Below, piece by piece: positions 11,594 through 22,430 of a stretch of DNA of 64,000 bases. The position numbers were made by a program, and so were the translations under genes. The stretch lies in the NCBI GenBank assembly GCA_030390025.1, contig CM059432.1:60886001-60950000 (forward strand), in the 5' to 3' direction. A model generated the notes under the pieces. That model worked only from the letters and a program-made list of their open reading frames with translations. It was not told the DNA's origin and searched no databases. Numbering within the stretch: the first letter of the stretch is position 1; each line of letters starts with the position of its first letter. The DNA is from Squalus acanthias (taxonomy: Eukaryota).

Positions 11594-13485
11594 CAGTGCC
11601 CCTGGGTATCCAGGATGGTGCCACTACTACCAGTTTTATTACAACTCCCAGAACCACTGCTGATCTGGTCACTAAGCTTTCTACTGCAGCCACCATTTTG
11701 GAGATGGTAACTGCCATCTTGTAATTATAAGGCCCTGCGGGAATAATGAGAACTTGCTGCCCCTTACAAATAAATGGGAGCTCTGTAATTAATAAGTTAT
11801 AAGACAACTGGAGAAAAACAATTGCAGACAGCTATGTGGTGCACAGGAATGGAGAGGTCATGTGGCTGTTGCTGTAATATTCAAAAATATGGGTCTTTCA
11901 GACTAATTCTTTGAATGCCAACTGTATGCATGTGAAAGATAACTAATGAAGAATATTCTTTACAAAAGTTATACTTAAATTCAATTTTTTAACTACTTGT
12001 ATTTGCAATTGTGAAAGTGATGAGTCATGACAACAGGTTTATCTTCATTGTAAATAGTGAATTTTAGATTAAACACCATTGTTTAATCTAATTAATTGCT
12101 TTCGTTGGTTAGTCTTATGTCACATGCAGAGTGCTTACTTTTTAGTTTTTAACAAAATTTTGAAAAACACTTTATAGTTTTTTAATTTGGTCTTTAACAG
12201 AATGTTATGCACACTACATATGCTAAATATTTGAAAATTCAGCCAATGTGAGTAAAAGCAAACAGAGTGTTCTAAACAAGCATAAATAAAAATAACATTT
12301 TCATTCATGCAGCCAAGAAATGTAAATCTATCTAATATGTTGAAATGTTAGATTGTACTGGACCAATTATAGAATGCTTCACATTAAGTACTGTGTTCTT
12401 GTACGCTGAGAAAGTCTAAACGTGATAGGTTTATGTTACAAGTTCTGTACTGTGAAGACTAATCAATTTAAAGGTCACAGCATTATAGTGATGGACAGAG
12501 ATGTCACCTGAGTGCGGCCCGATTGGTTTACAACCAGGTCAGAGTTTGCACCAGCAGGTGCAGAACCTGTTGTTTGTTTAACGTGGCTGGCAGCTGGTGC
12601 CTTGGAGCAATCGGGGAACATGTTATTGACCGTGAGGTTGCCAGGTGCAGCCTGGTTGGTGTGCGTCGAGAGAGAGCTATATTTAATGCAAACACCTGCT
12701 TGTGTCACTCATGCTTTTCTGGCAACTGGCTATTAGTTTCATGGCTTTGTGTTCCTTTAGCACTACCACTGATTAAAGCATGCTTGTTACTTGTTCTATG
12801 TACAGAAGTTAAATTAACAGTAATGAGCTGCTTCTCTTAAAAATATATAGTTCTCATGAGAAGAAAATAATGATTTAAACTAGTTTAGCCATCAGTTTGT
12901 ACATGGAAAGTTGTTATTGTTTTTCACAACCTGCTTGCACAAGGAGAACCCAATTTCTGTTTGAGATGTGACTTGGTGGGAGAGTCTTTTTGTTGGAAGT
13001 CAGCTGTTAGAACTTTTTCATATCAAAATATGGTTAAAATTACTAAAAAGAATGAATTACCTTTTGAGAACCAATTAGTTGATGAAGTGCTTTATAAATC
13101 TTGTAAAAATGTAATTATGTGGTAATGTGTGCTATAAATTATTTCAAATCCCATGAAGCATTTACCATTAAACATTACTTTGGGTATTTTTTCAACTCAT
13201 TATCGTGTTTTTAACTCCTTTTAGACTATAGGTTTTCAGACTGGTGGTGGGAAGGTCCCCATTCCCCGGGGCGCTGAAAGGTCACCAGATTTCTGTTTTG
13301 TTGATGTACTGGTATATTATTTTCTCCTATTGCATAATAATAATGCAATTGGACAGATATTTGAGGAGTGAGCAATTTAAAGTTATTCATTTTGGGGACC
13401 GGCCAGATGATGGCAAAGCCCTTTCCAGTCCGGTATCTCCCTAGGTTTTAATGATAGCGCTGTTTTTCTTTGGGTAGCAAACACT

Positions 13486-13799
13486 GGCCTAGAAATTGGT
13501 TCCCACTGGCTTGTCAGCGCAAAATGGGCACAAGGAATGATCCCTGCATGAAAAGGCTGAGGTATACCCGGTATTGGGCCTTGGGCATCATTTAAATGAG
13601 ACCGGTGGGCAGCGGATGCATGCTGGTCGTCCACAGCTGGTCGCCGGCGAATCGGCATTAGATTTCGGCATCAGCGTCACCGGCAGCGGCCCTAGGGTAG
13701 GTCCTGGGAAGAGGAGGGGGGGTGATCAGTTTGGAGAGGAGGGTGATCAAGAGGGAGGGATGATGGGCAAAATGGGCAGGCGTCAACAATTTCTAGGCC
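13486..13799. mobile_element. Harbinger-type MITE
   Basis: Perfect TIR GGCCTAGAAATTG / CAATTTCTAGGCC and perfect 3-bp TSD ACT. Confidence 0.9.
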
Positions 13800-15012
13800 A
13801 CTATCTTTTTAAAGCTGGACTAGTGTGGATTCATCTTCAAATAAAACCCGATAGTGTTATTGTTTATGCTTGCAAACAGCGGAGGGACACTGACACAGTA
13901 ATGACTGCAAGGGTGCAATAATGGAAACCGTTTTCCTGCCAGAAGCCAAATCTTTTTTCTAGCAGACTGAAATTGCCTGGCAACGGATGCTGAGAAGGTA
14001 AAGTCAGCAATGCATGACACCACCCTCCTGGCATTTATCCAGGCTTTGCACATGCTTTCACTATTCCAATCCGTGAAAAAGTGTGAACAGGAGCAGCTCC
14101 GATTGATTTTATGTTATTGTTGAGTGTAGATTTTGGCAGTTTTACTTTGTATCTAAATGTAAATGTGGTTAATAGCAATCCCTTCCTGCTAAAGGGATTT
14201 TATATTTAAATGGTGTTGCAAATTCAATAGACAACACAACTAGAAAACTACATGAAAGGTCACAATTTAAACTGATGGGTTCAAGGCTTTGTTGGAAGTT
14301 GCTCCAGAAACTCAATCACAAGGATGAGGATTACAAGCCTTTTGGGTAGTTAGCAGACCTGCAAGAACAAATGAATTAATTGGGGAGTAAATATATATAT
14401 CAAGAATCAAAGCAATTATTTCAGTATTTTGAGCAGTCAAACAAAATAAACATTGCATGATTAGCATTATCAGACCAAAATACCAAGTGTGTTTAAAAGG
14501 GAAGAATACCGTATACATAGCTTATAAAAAATATATTGTTTCTTCTTTATTCCACCTGTTAGTCCCTGGCAGTTTGCAGAAAATCCCAGCCAGAAGAGAA
14601 CTCCTTCACTGTCATATGTGCTGGATCCATCAGTGGGTGGCAGTCATGGATTGGCATTCTTCCTGGTCCTGGGTGCTGAACCAACAAAATACAAAGAAAC
14701 CATGACTGGCCAGAACTGCTAATTTAGCTCACTTTTGAAGCAATTTTAATATTGTTGGCAAATTATTGTCCGTGGGGGGCTATTTTCCCCACTGTAGCAC
14801 CGGAACTTTAGGCGGTAAAGAAGTTCCGAGGTGGCCAAGGTGGAGTCTTGAGCTGCAATGCCTGGTTAGCCTGCCTTTAGTGCAAGACGCCATCTTGGTA
14901 AGGTATTTAAGCGCGTGCTAGGAACGGGCGCCCCAAGGATGATTAAGCCTCTGATTATTAATTAAATTGGCCCCTAACGCTCCATAAAGAGGCTGCACGC
15001 CATTTTCCTAGC

Positions 15013-18000
15013 TTTTTTAAAATTCATACCTGGGATGTGGGTGTCGCTGGCAAGGCCAGCATTTATTGCCCATCCCTAATTGCCCTTGAGAAGGTGCTGG
15101 TGAGCCACCGCCTTGAACCGCTGCAGTCCGTGAGGTGAAGGGACTCCCACAGTGCTATTAGGAAGGGAGTTCCAGGATTTTGACCCAGCGACGATGAAGG
15201 AATGGTGATATATTTCCAAGTCAGGATGGTGTGTAACTTGGAGGGGAACTTGCAGGTGATGGGGTTGCCATGCGCCTGCTGCCCTTGTCCTTCTAGGTGG
15301 TAGATGTTGTGGGTTTGGGAGGTGCTGCCGAAGAAGCCTTGGCGAGTTGCTGTGCATCTTGTAGATGGTACACACTGCAGCCACGGTATGCCGGTGGTGG
15401 AGGGAGTGAATGTTTAAGGTGGTGGATGAGGTGCCAATCATGCGGGCTGCTTTGTTCTGGATGGTGTCGAGCTTCTTGGGTGTTGTTGGAGCTGCACCCA
15501 TCCAGGCAAATGGAGAGTATACCATTATACTCCTGACTTGTGCCTTGTAGATGGTGGAAAGGCTTTGGGGAGTCAGGAGGTGAGACACTCACTGCAGAAT
15601 ACCCAGCCTCTGACACCCTCTTGTAGCCACAGTATATATGTGGCTGGTCCAGTTAAGTTTCTGGTCAATGGTGACCACCAAGATGTTGATGATGGGGGAT
15701 TCGACGATGGCAATGCTGTTGAATGTCAAGGAGAGGTGGTTAGACTCTCGCTTGTTGCCGATAGTCATTCCCTGGCATTTGTGTGGCGCGAATGTTACTT
15801 GCCACTTATCAGCCCAAGCCTGAATGTTGTCCAGGTCTTGCTGCATGCGGGCATGGACTGCTTTATTATCTGAGGAGTTGCAAATGGAACTGAACACTGC
15901 AATCATCAGAGAACATCCCCACTTCTGACCTTATGATGGAGGGAATGTCATTGATGAAGCAGCTGAAGATGGTTGGGCCTAGGACACTGCCCTGAGGAAC
16001 TAGTGCAGCGATGATTGACCTCCAACCACCACAACCATCTTCCTTTGTGCTAGGTATGACACCAGCCAGTGGAGCGTTTTCCCCTGATTCCCATTGACTT
16101 TAGTTTTACTAGGGTTCCTTGATGCCACACTCGTTCAAATGCTGCCTTGATGTCAAGGGCAGTCACTATTACCTCACCTCTGGAATTCAGCTCTTTTGTC
16201 CATGTTTGGACCAAGACTGTAATGAGGTCTGGAGCCGCATGGTCCTGGCGGAACCCAAACTGAGCATCGGTGAGCAGGTTATTGGTGAGTAAGTGCTGCT
16301 TGATAGCACTGTCAACGACACCTTCCATCACTTTGCTGATGATTGAGAGTGGACTGATGGGGCGGTAATTGGCTGGATTGGATTTGTCCTGCTTTTGTGG
16401 ACAGGCCATACCTGGGCAGTTTTCCACATTGTTGGGTAGATGCCAGTGTTGTAGCTGTACTGGAACAGCTTGGCTAGAGGCGCGGCTAGTTCTGGAGCAC
16501 AACAGCCAGGATGTTGTTGGGGCCCATAGCCTTTGCTGTATCCAGTACACTCAGCCGTTTCTTGATATCACGTGGAGTGAACCGAATTGGCTGAAGACTG
16601 GAGTCTGTGATGGTGGGGACCTCAGGAGGAATCCGAGATGGATCATCCACTTGGCACTTTCTGGCTGAAGATGGTTGCAAACGCTTCAGCCTTATTTTTT
16701 GCACTTACGTGCTGGCTCCACCATCATTGAGGATGGGGATATTCATAGAACCTCCTCCTCCCGTTAGTTGTTTAATTATCCATCACCATTCACGACTGGA
16801 TGTGGCAGGACTGCAAAGCTTTGATCTGATCCGTTGGTTGTGGGTTCGCTTAGCTCTGTCTATAGCATGCTGCTTCCGCTGTTTAACATGCATGTAATCC
16901 TGTGTTGCAGCTTCCCCAGGTTGGCACCTCATTTTTTAGGTATGCCTGGTGCTGCTCCTGGCATGCTCTTCTGCACTCCTCATTGAACCAGGGTTGGTCC
17001 CCTGGCTTGATGGTAATGGTAGAGTGAGGGATATGCCAGGCCATGAGATTACAGATTGTGGTGGAATACAATTCTGCTGCTGCTGATGGCCCACAGCGCC
17101 TCATGGATGCCCAGTTTTGAGCTGCTAGAGCTGCTCTGAATCTATCCCATTTAGCACGGTGGTAGTGCCACACAACACGATGGAGGGTATCCTCAGTGTG
17201 AAGTCGGGACTTCATTTCCACAAGGACTGTGCGGTGGTCACTGTTACCAATGCTGTCATGGACAGATGCATCTGCAACATGTAGATTGGTGAGGATGAGG
17301 TCAAGTAGGTTTTTCCTTGTGTTGGTTCTCTCACCACCTGTCGCAGTCCTAGTCTGGCAGCTATGTCCTTCAGGACTCGACCAGCTCGGTCGGTAGTGCT
17401 GCTACCGAGCCACTCTTGGTGATGGACATTGAAGTCCCCCACCCAGAGTACATTCTGTGCCCTTGGTACCCTCACTGCTTCTTCCAAGTGGTATTCAACA
17501 TGGAGGAGTACTGATTCATCAGCTGAGGAAGGGCGGTAGGTGGTAATCAGCAGGAGGTTTCTTTGTCCGTGCTTGACCTGAAGCCACGAGACTTCATGGG
17601 GACCAGAGTCAATGTTGAGGACTCCCAGGGCCACTCTCTCCCGACTGTATACCACTGTGCTACCACCTGCCGGTGGGACCGAACATACCCAGGATGGTGA
17701 TGGAGGAGTCTGGGACATTGGCTGAAAGGTCTGATTCTGTGAGTATGACTGTGTCAGGCTGTTGCTTGACTAGTCTGTGGTACAGCTCTCCCAATTTTAG
17801 CACAAGTCCCAAATGTTAGTGAGGAGGACTTTGCAGGGTCCACTGGGCTGGGTGTGCTGTTGTCATGTCCGAAGCCGGTGCCGAGGTCAATGCCGGGTGG
17901 TCCGTCCGGTTTTATTCTTATTGTTTCTTGTAGCGGTTTGTTACAATTGAGTGGCTTGCTAGACCATTTCAGAGGGCAGTTAAGAGTCAACCACATTGTT

Positions 18001-18245
18001 GTGGGTCTGGAGTCACATATAGGCCAGACCAGGTAAGGACGGCAGATTTCCTTCCTTAAAGTTCATTAGTGAACCAGATGGGTTTTTACGACAATTACTG
18101 ATATTAGCTTTTTATTCCAGATTTATTTAATGAACTGAATTTAAATTCCCCAGCTGCCGTGGTAATAATTGAACTGACGTCTCTGAATCATTTGTCCAGG
18201 CCTGTGGGTTACTAGACCAGTAACCAATAACCACTCTGCTACCGT
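15013..18245 (-). mobile_element. Apparently full-length (~3.2 kb) family B LINE: tRNA-like 5' head, one frameshifted APE-RT ORF, 3' tail
   Basis: APE motifs (TTYRP, WVGDFNVHH in ORF 17212..17718), RT motifs (16050..16550, 15589..15906), C-terminus 15076..15588; no room for an ORF1 between the head (18245-17950) and the APE start (~17820). Confidence 0.88.
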
Positions 18246-18305
18246 TCGCGCGCTGCAATTGTCGACCTCCCCTAACAGCGACCAGCTGAACAGGAGTAAA
18301 GAAGT

Positions 18306-18428
18306 ACAATAGCAAAATACTGCGGATGCTGGAAATCTGAAATAACAGAAAATGCTGGAAACACTCAGCAGGTCAGGCAGCAGATGCTGCCTCGGCCTGC
18401 TGAGTGTTTCCAGCATTTTCTGTTATTT
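18306..18428. mobile_element. PLE-terminus fold-back mini-insertion
   Basis: PLE terminal sequence followed by its own inverted copy; flanked by the 14-bp direct repeat AGGAGTAAA(G/A)AAGT. Confidence 0.8.
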
Positions 18429-18759
18429 AGGAGTAAAAAAGTCGTTGGTTAGGATTTCGAGCGCTACTTAAAGCCATGCTCACCTTTCACTGTTCACTTG
18501 CTGATTGAGATCGACTGACTACACTGCATTTAAAGAGGACTTTCGAGGCACATCAGGAGATTTTCTGGGACACTTTGTCAGGAGTTCACCATCAACATTT
18601 TTCCCGGATATTCTCTCAGGACGTCACCTAAAAAGAGTGAGTGCTGTGCTACTCTACCTTATTGGACACCTTATAGGAGTCAACAGGAGAAAGGGAATTG
18701 GTGATGGGGATCTTGCTAGGGGTCCCCTGGTCTGGAGGAGAAATGGGAGGAGGAGATGA

Positions 18760-19030
18760 AGCCAGAGCAGAGCAGCACCAGGAGGGCTCCAGATTCATGG
18801 TCACTTGCTGCATGCTCCGCAATCTGGCGATCATGAGAGACCAGCCGTTACCACCAGTAATTGTGCCAGAGGGTCAAGCTCAGGAGCCACAAGCGAGGGA
18901 GGAGGAGGGGGAGGAGGAGGAGGAGGAGGAGAAAGACAAGGGGGCCAGGGGGAGCAGCAGAAGGTTCCAGGTAGATGGCCTACACCTGGGAGGGACGCTC
19001 ACCGCCATCTAATTGAAGACTGCTTTTGAG
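18760..19030 (+). pseudogene. Harbinger (HARBI1-like) transposase C-terminal remnant
   Basis: SRFMVTCCMLRNLAIMRDQPL followed by an acidic tract; compare VSQFVVVCCILHNL at 27750. Confidence 0.75.
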
Positions 19031-20865
19031 AGACGTCTCCATCATCAGACTTTGGAGCACTGTTGCCTTGCCTTACAGGAGTGAGGATTCATCAAGAAGT
19101 CCACCATCTGCACTCAATCCTTTCAACTCCTTCCCCATGAACAAAACAATAAAAACAACCACCAATTCCAGCACTACTGTAATCACTCTTTATCTAGAGC
19201 AAACATAAACAATGAAAACAAGTCACAACCAACGGCACTTACAAATATTAAACTGTTCAGCCTGGTGCTTACCCTTAGTGGCTATCCTATAAGTGCTCTT
19301 GCCTACTCTGGCGCTTCTATGATGTGCTTCCCGAGAGGCAGCAGCAGGCGAGGTGGATGGCTGCTGAGAATCTGAAGAGGGCAGTTCAGATGTCCTCCTG
19401 CAACCCCCTCGAGAGTCTGTGGGCCGTGATGGCCCCGCCTCAGACTTTACCATCGCAGCATGGGCTTGAGCAGTCTGGGCTGCCGGGCTGACAGGCAACG
19501 GCAAGAGCAATGGTGGAGTGGTGGGGGAGGGAGCAAGAATCCTGCCATCCGGAGAGAGGCCAGTAGGTTACTGCTCCATGATTCCCACCACTACCTTGGG
19601 ACCTCTGTTCAGCCAGCCCAGTGATCTGGTGGAGGACAGATCTCTGGGCAGCTGAGACACTCAAAGCCACTTTCAACCGAAGAGCCCAGAGCCACCATGG
19701 CAGCTGCCTGAGCTTCCATTGCAGCAGTTTATTTTTCCATGGAAGCTGCTATGACTGGAAGCTGTGGAAGCTCTGACCTCAGTCATCAGATGCTGCATGA
19801 TGTTGGGCTCCACAGGTCGCTCGATGGAATTGGCCAGCTTCTCCTCACTGGAGAGGATGGGTTCCAGGCTCTACGACAAGTCACGGGCCAAGCTGGAGAC
19901 AGACTCCTCCATCCCCTTAGACACGATGCGCAGGTTTTCAGGCAGGCTCTCCATTGCACCAAGCATTTGGTTTGTCAAACCCATCAGTCTTCTTCTGAAG
20001 CCTGACTCCTCTACAGCAGAACTAGTATGCGACCTTGCCCCTAACTTGGTGGCACCTGTGGTGTCCCTTCCACCCAGCCTGGCTGTTGCCCACTAGTGCC
20101 TGGTGCGTGTGACTGTGAGGGTCCATGTTCTACCCTATCCTCTAAGTTACGCATGGTGCCGGTCTCTGAGCTGGTGCCTGCAACAGTGGTAGCGATTGAT
20201 GTGGTGCCTTCTTCCTCGCCACTCCTCCTCTTCCTCCTCCGAGTGGCAAGGTGACTCTTCTAGTCCCTCATGGGGATGGGGGTGGGTGAGGTGGATGTTG
20301 CTCCTGAACCTGTAATGATAAAGCTAGAAGGGTTAGTGTGTAGCACGTGTGGCCACTATAGGAGGATGTGTGTGCTGAGACCATATGGAGCTTGTGAGGA
20401 TAGGTTTGGGGGATTAGGGATCAGGAATAGTTGTGGATATGTAAGGAAGCTGGAGGGGTCACATACCTCTAGGCGAGATGTCCCCTGATCTGCCTGTGGC
20501 CATGGCGTCTGCCACTCCCCTCCCGATCACAGACAGCACTGCCTCCTCAAGATGCGTGATCTCATGCAGTCGTCCATCCCCTCCCCCCGGTCAGGTCCTG
20601 CTGTCGCCAGTTATGTGGTCTCTTGTCCTAGACGAAAAAGAGTGGTGATTGTGAATGAGTGTATTGGCAGGTGTATGCGTGCGTGCGTGCGTGTGATGCC
20701 TCACATGGTTGAAGAGCTGTGAGATGTGTCTGAGGTGTGAGTAGTGTCTGTGAAGGATGCAATAGTGAAGGTTGTGTGAATGTCAGTGTATAGTTAGGTG
20801 GTGGATGCAGTGTGTTGAGGTTGTGATGCTGGTGGTGGTGCAATTATTGAGAAGTGTGTTTGTGT

Positions 20866-21091
20866 CAAATCATAACATTTTTTTGCAGCACTGAAGCCAT
20901 GTCCTGGGGGAAGTGCTGCTGGCTGTGGCCTCCTCGGCAATCACCGCCCACATCCGCTGCATTAGTTGCCTCTGTGGCCTCTTTCCCCCGTGCAGGTACA
21001 GGACATCCCTCCTCCGCTGTACCTCCTCCACCAGGACCTCCAGTGCCGTCTCTGAGAACTGGTGAGCTCTCTCTCTCGGTCCCTGCACCAT
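20866..21091 (-). pseudogene. Harbinger Myb/SANT-like DNA-binding protein exon remnant
   Basis: RERAHQFSETALEVLVEEVQRRRDVLY...WAVIAEE...PRTWLQCCKK: Myb/SANT-like pattern; further low-complexity coding remnants at 19220-20500. Confidence 0.8.
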
Positions 21092-21857
21092 CCTGACAAG
21101 TGCCGTTGTCTGTCAGCCAGCGCACTCCACACCTTCAGTGGAACTGCGTGCGTGGAGGCTCCATGAAAATTGCTCCTAATCAGCGCTTGAGTGCTAAATG
21201 AGTAGGTCTCCATTTTAGTGCCTCCAGACACATTTTTATCATGGTAATCAGCAATTAGCCCCAAAATTGCGGGCTAAATCAGGTGCGTCTTATTAGCACA
21301 GATCCCACTTAGTGCCTGTTTTCACACTTTCCTCAAACTAACCCCCCTTATGTCTGTCATGTGATGCCTGGTTCAGGGTTCAAATGATAAATCATTCAAG
21401 ATGACATTATTATTTTCATTTACCAACTCTAATTTGCGCGTCATTCTCTTTATAATTAATTCCCTTGCAGATCAGTTATTATCCTAAACCTGCAGTACTG
21501 GCAGCAGAAATTAGACTAATACTATTTTGTGAATGTTACACCACACATCGCTGAAATACTGGGACTACCAAGACAATGGTAAGAAACAGTTCCAATAAAA
21601 AAAGAGTATGCATAATACAATGACAACTTGCATTTATGTTGTATGTTTAGTATACAAATACTTCCCAAATCACTTAACGGAGGAGAAAAGGAGCAGTTCC
21701 TGAGCCTTTACGTGAGAAGAGTTGGCTGAAAGCTTGATTGAAGAGACCCCACAATATGGAGTGGGGCCTAAGTTTGTAGCTGCAGGAGTCCAGGAGTCCA
21801 TTCTACTACACGTTTAGCTGTGGAGTAAAGATTTTGGGGTTTCTAGCACCAACTGGT

Positions 21858-22410
21858 TAGACAGTTTTGGTCTTCTTATCTAAGGAAGGATATACTTGCC
21901 TTACAGAGAGTGCAACAAAGGTTCACTAGACTGATTCCTGCGTTGAGGGGATTGTCCTGTGAGGAGAGATTGAGTAGACCAGGCCTATATTCTCTGGCGT
22001 TTTGAAGAATGAGAGGTGATCTCATTGAAACATATAAAATTCTTAAGGGCCTTGACAGGGTAGATGCTGCGAGGATGTTTCCTCTGGCTGGGGAGTCTAG
22101 AACCAGGGGTCACAGTCTCAGAATAAGGGGTCGGCCATTTAGGACCGAGATGAAGAGAAATTTCTTCACTCAAAGGGTTCAAAATCTTTGGAATTCTCTA
22201 CCCCAGAGGGGTGTGGATGCTCAAACATTGAGTATATTCAAGACAGAGATTGATAGATTTTTTGATTTTAAGGGAATCAAGGAATATGGGGATAGTGCGG
22301 GAAGGTGGAGTTGAGGTAGAAGATCAGCCATGATCTTATTGAATGGTGGAGCAGGCTCACAGGATGAATGGCCTACTCCTGCTCCTATTTCTTATGTTCT
22401 TATATTCTTA
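21858..22410 (+). mobile_element. CR1 3' fragment
   Basis: ORF 22009..22314 (RGDLIETYKI...RNFFTQRV) and TTCTTATG tail. Confidence 0.92.
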
Positions 22411-22430
22411 CAGTATGGGCTGCAGCAAAT

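Larger units (their letters stand above)
14774..21347. mobile_element. Degenerate Harbinger transposon (convergent transposase and Myb/SANT remnants) containing a nested LINE and a PLE fragment
   Basis: Transposase C-terminus on + (18760-19030), Myb/SANT protein on - (21091 downward); right end AAACTAACCCCC; the left end GGGGGGCTATTTT at 14774 is tentative. Confidence 0.6.
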
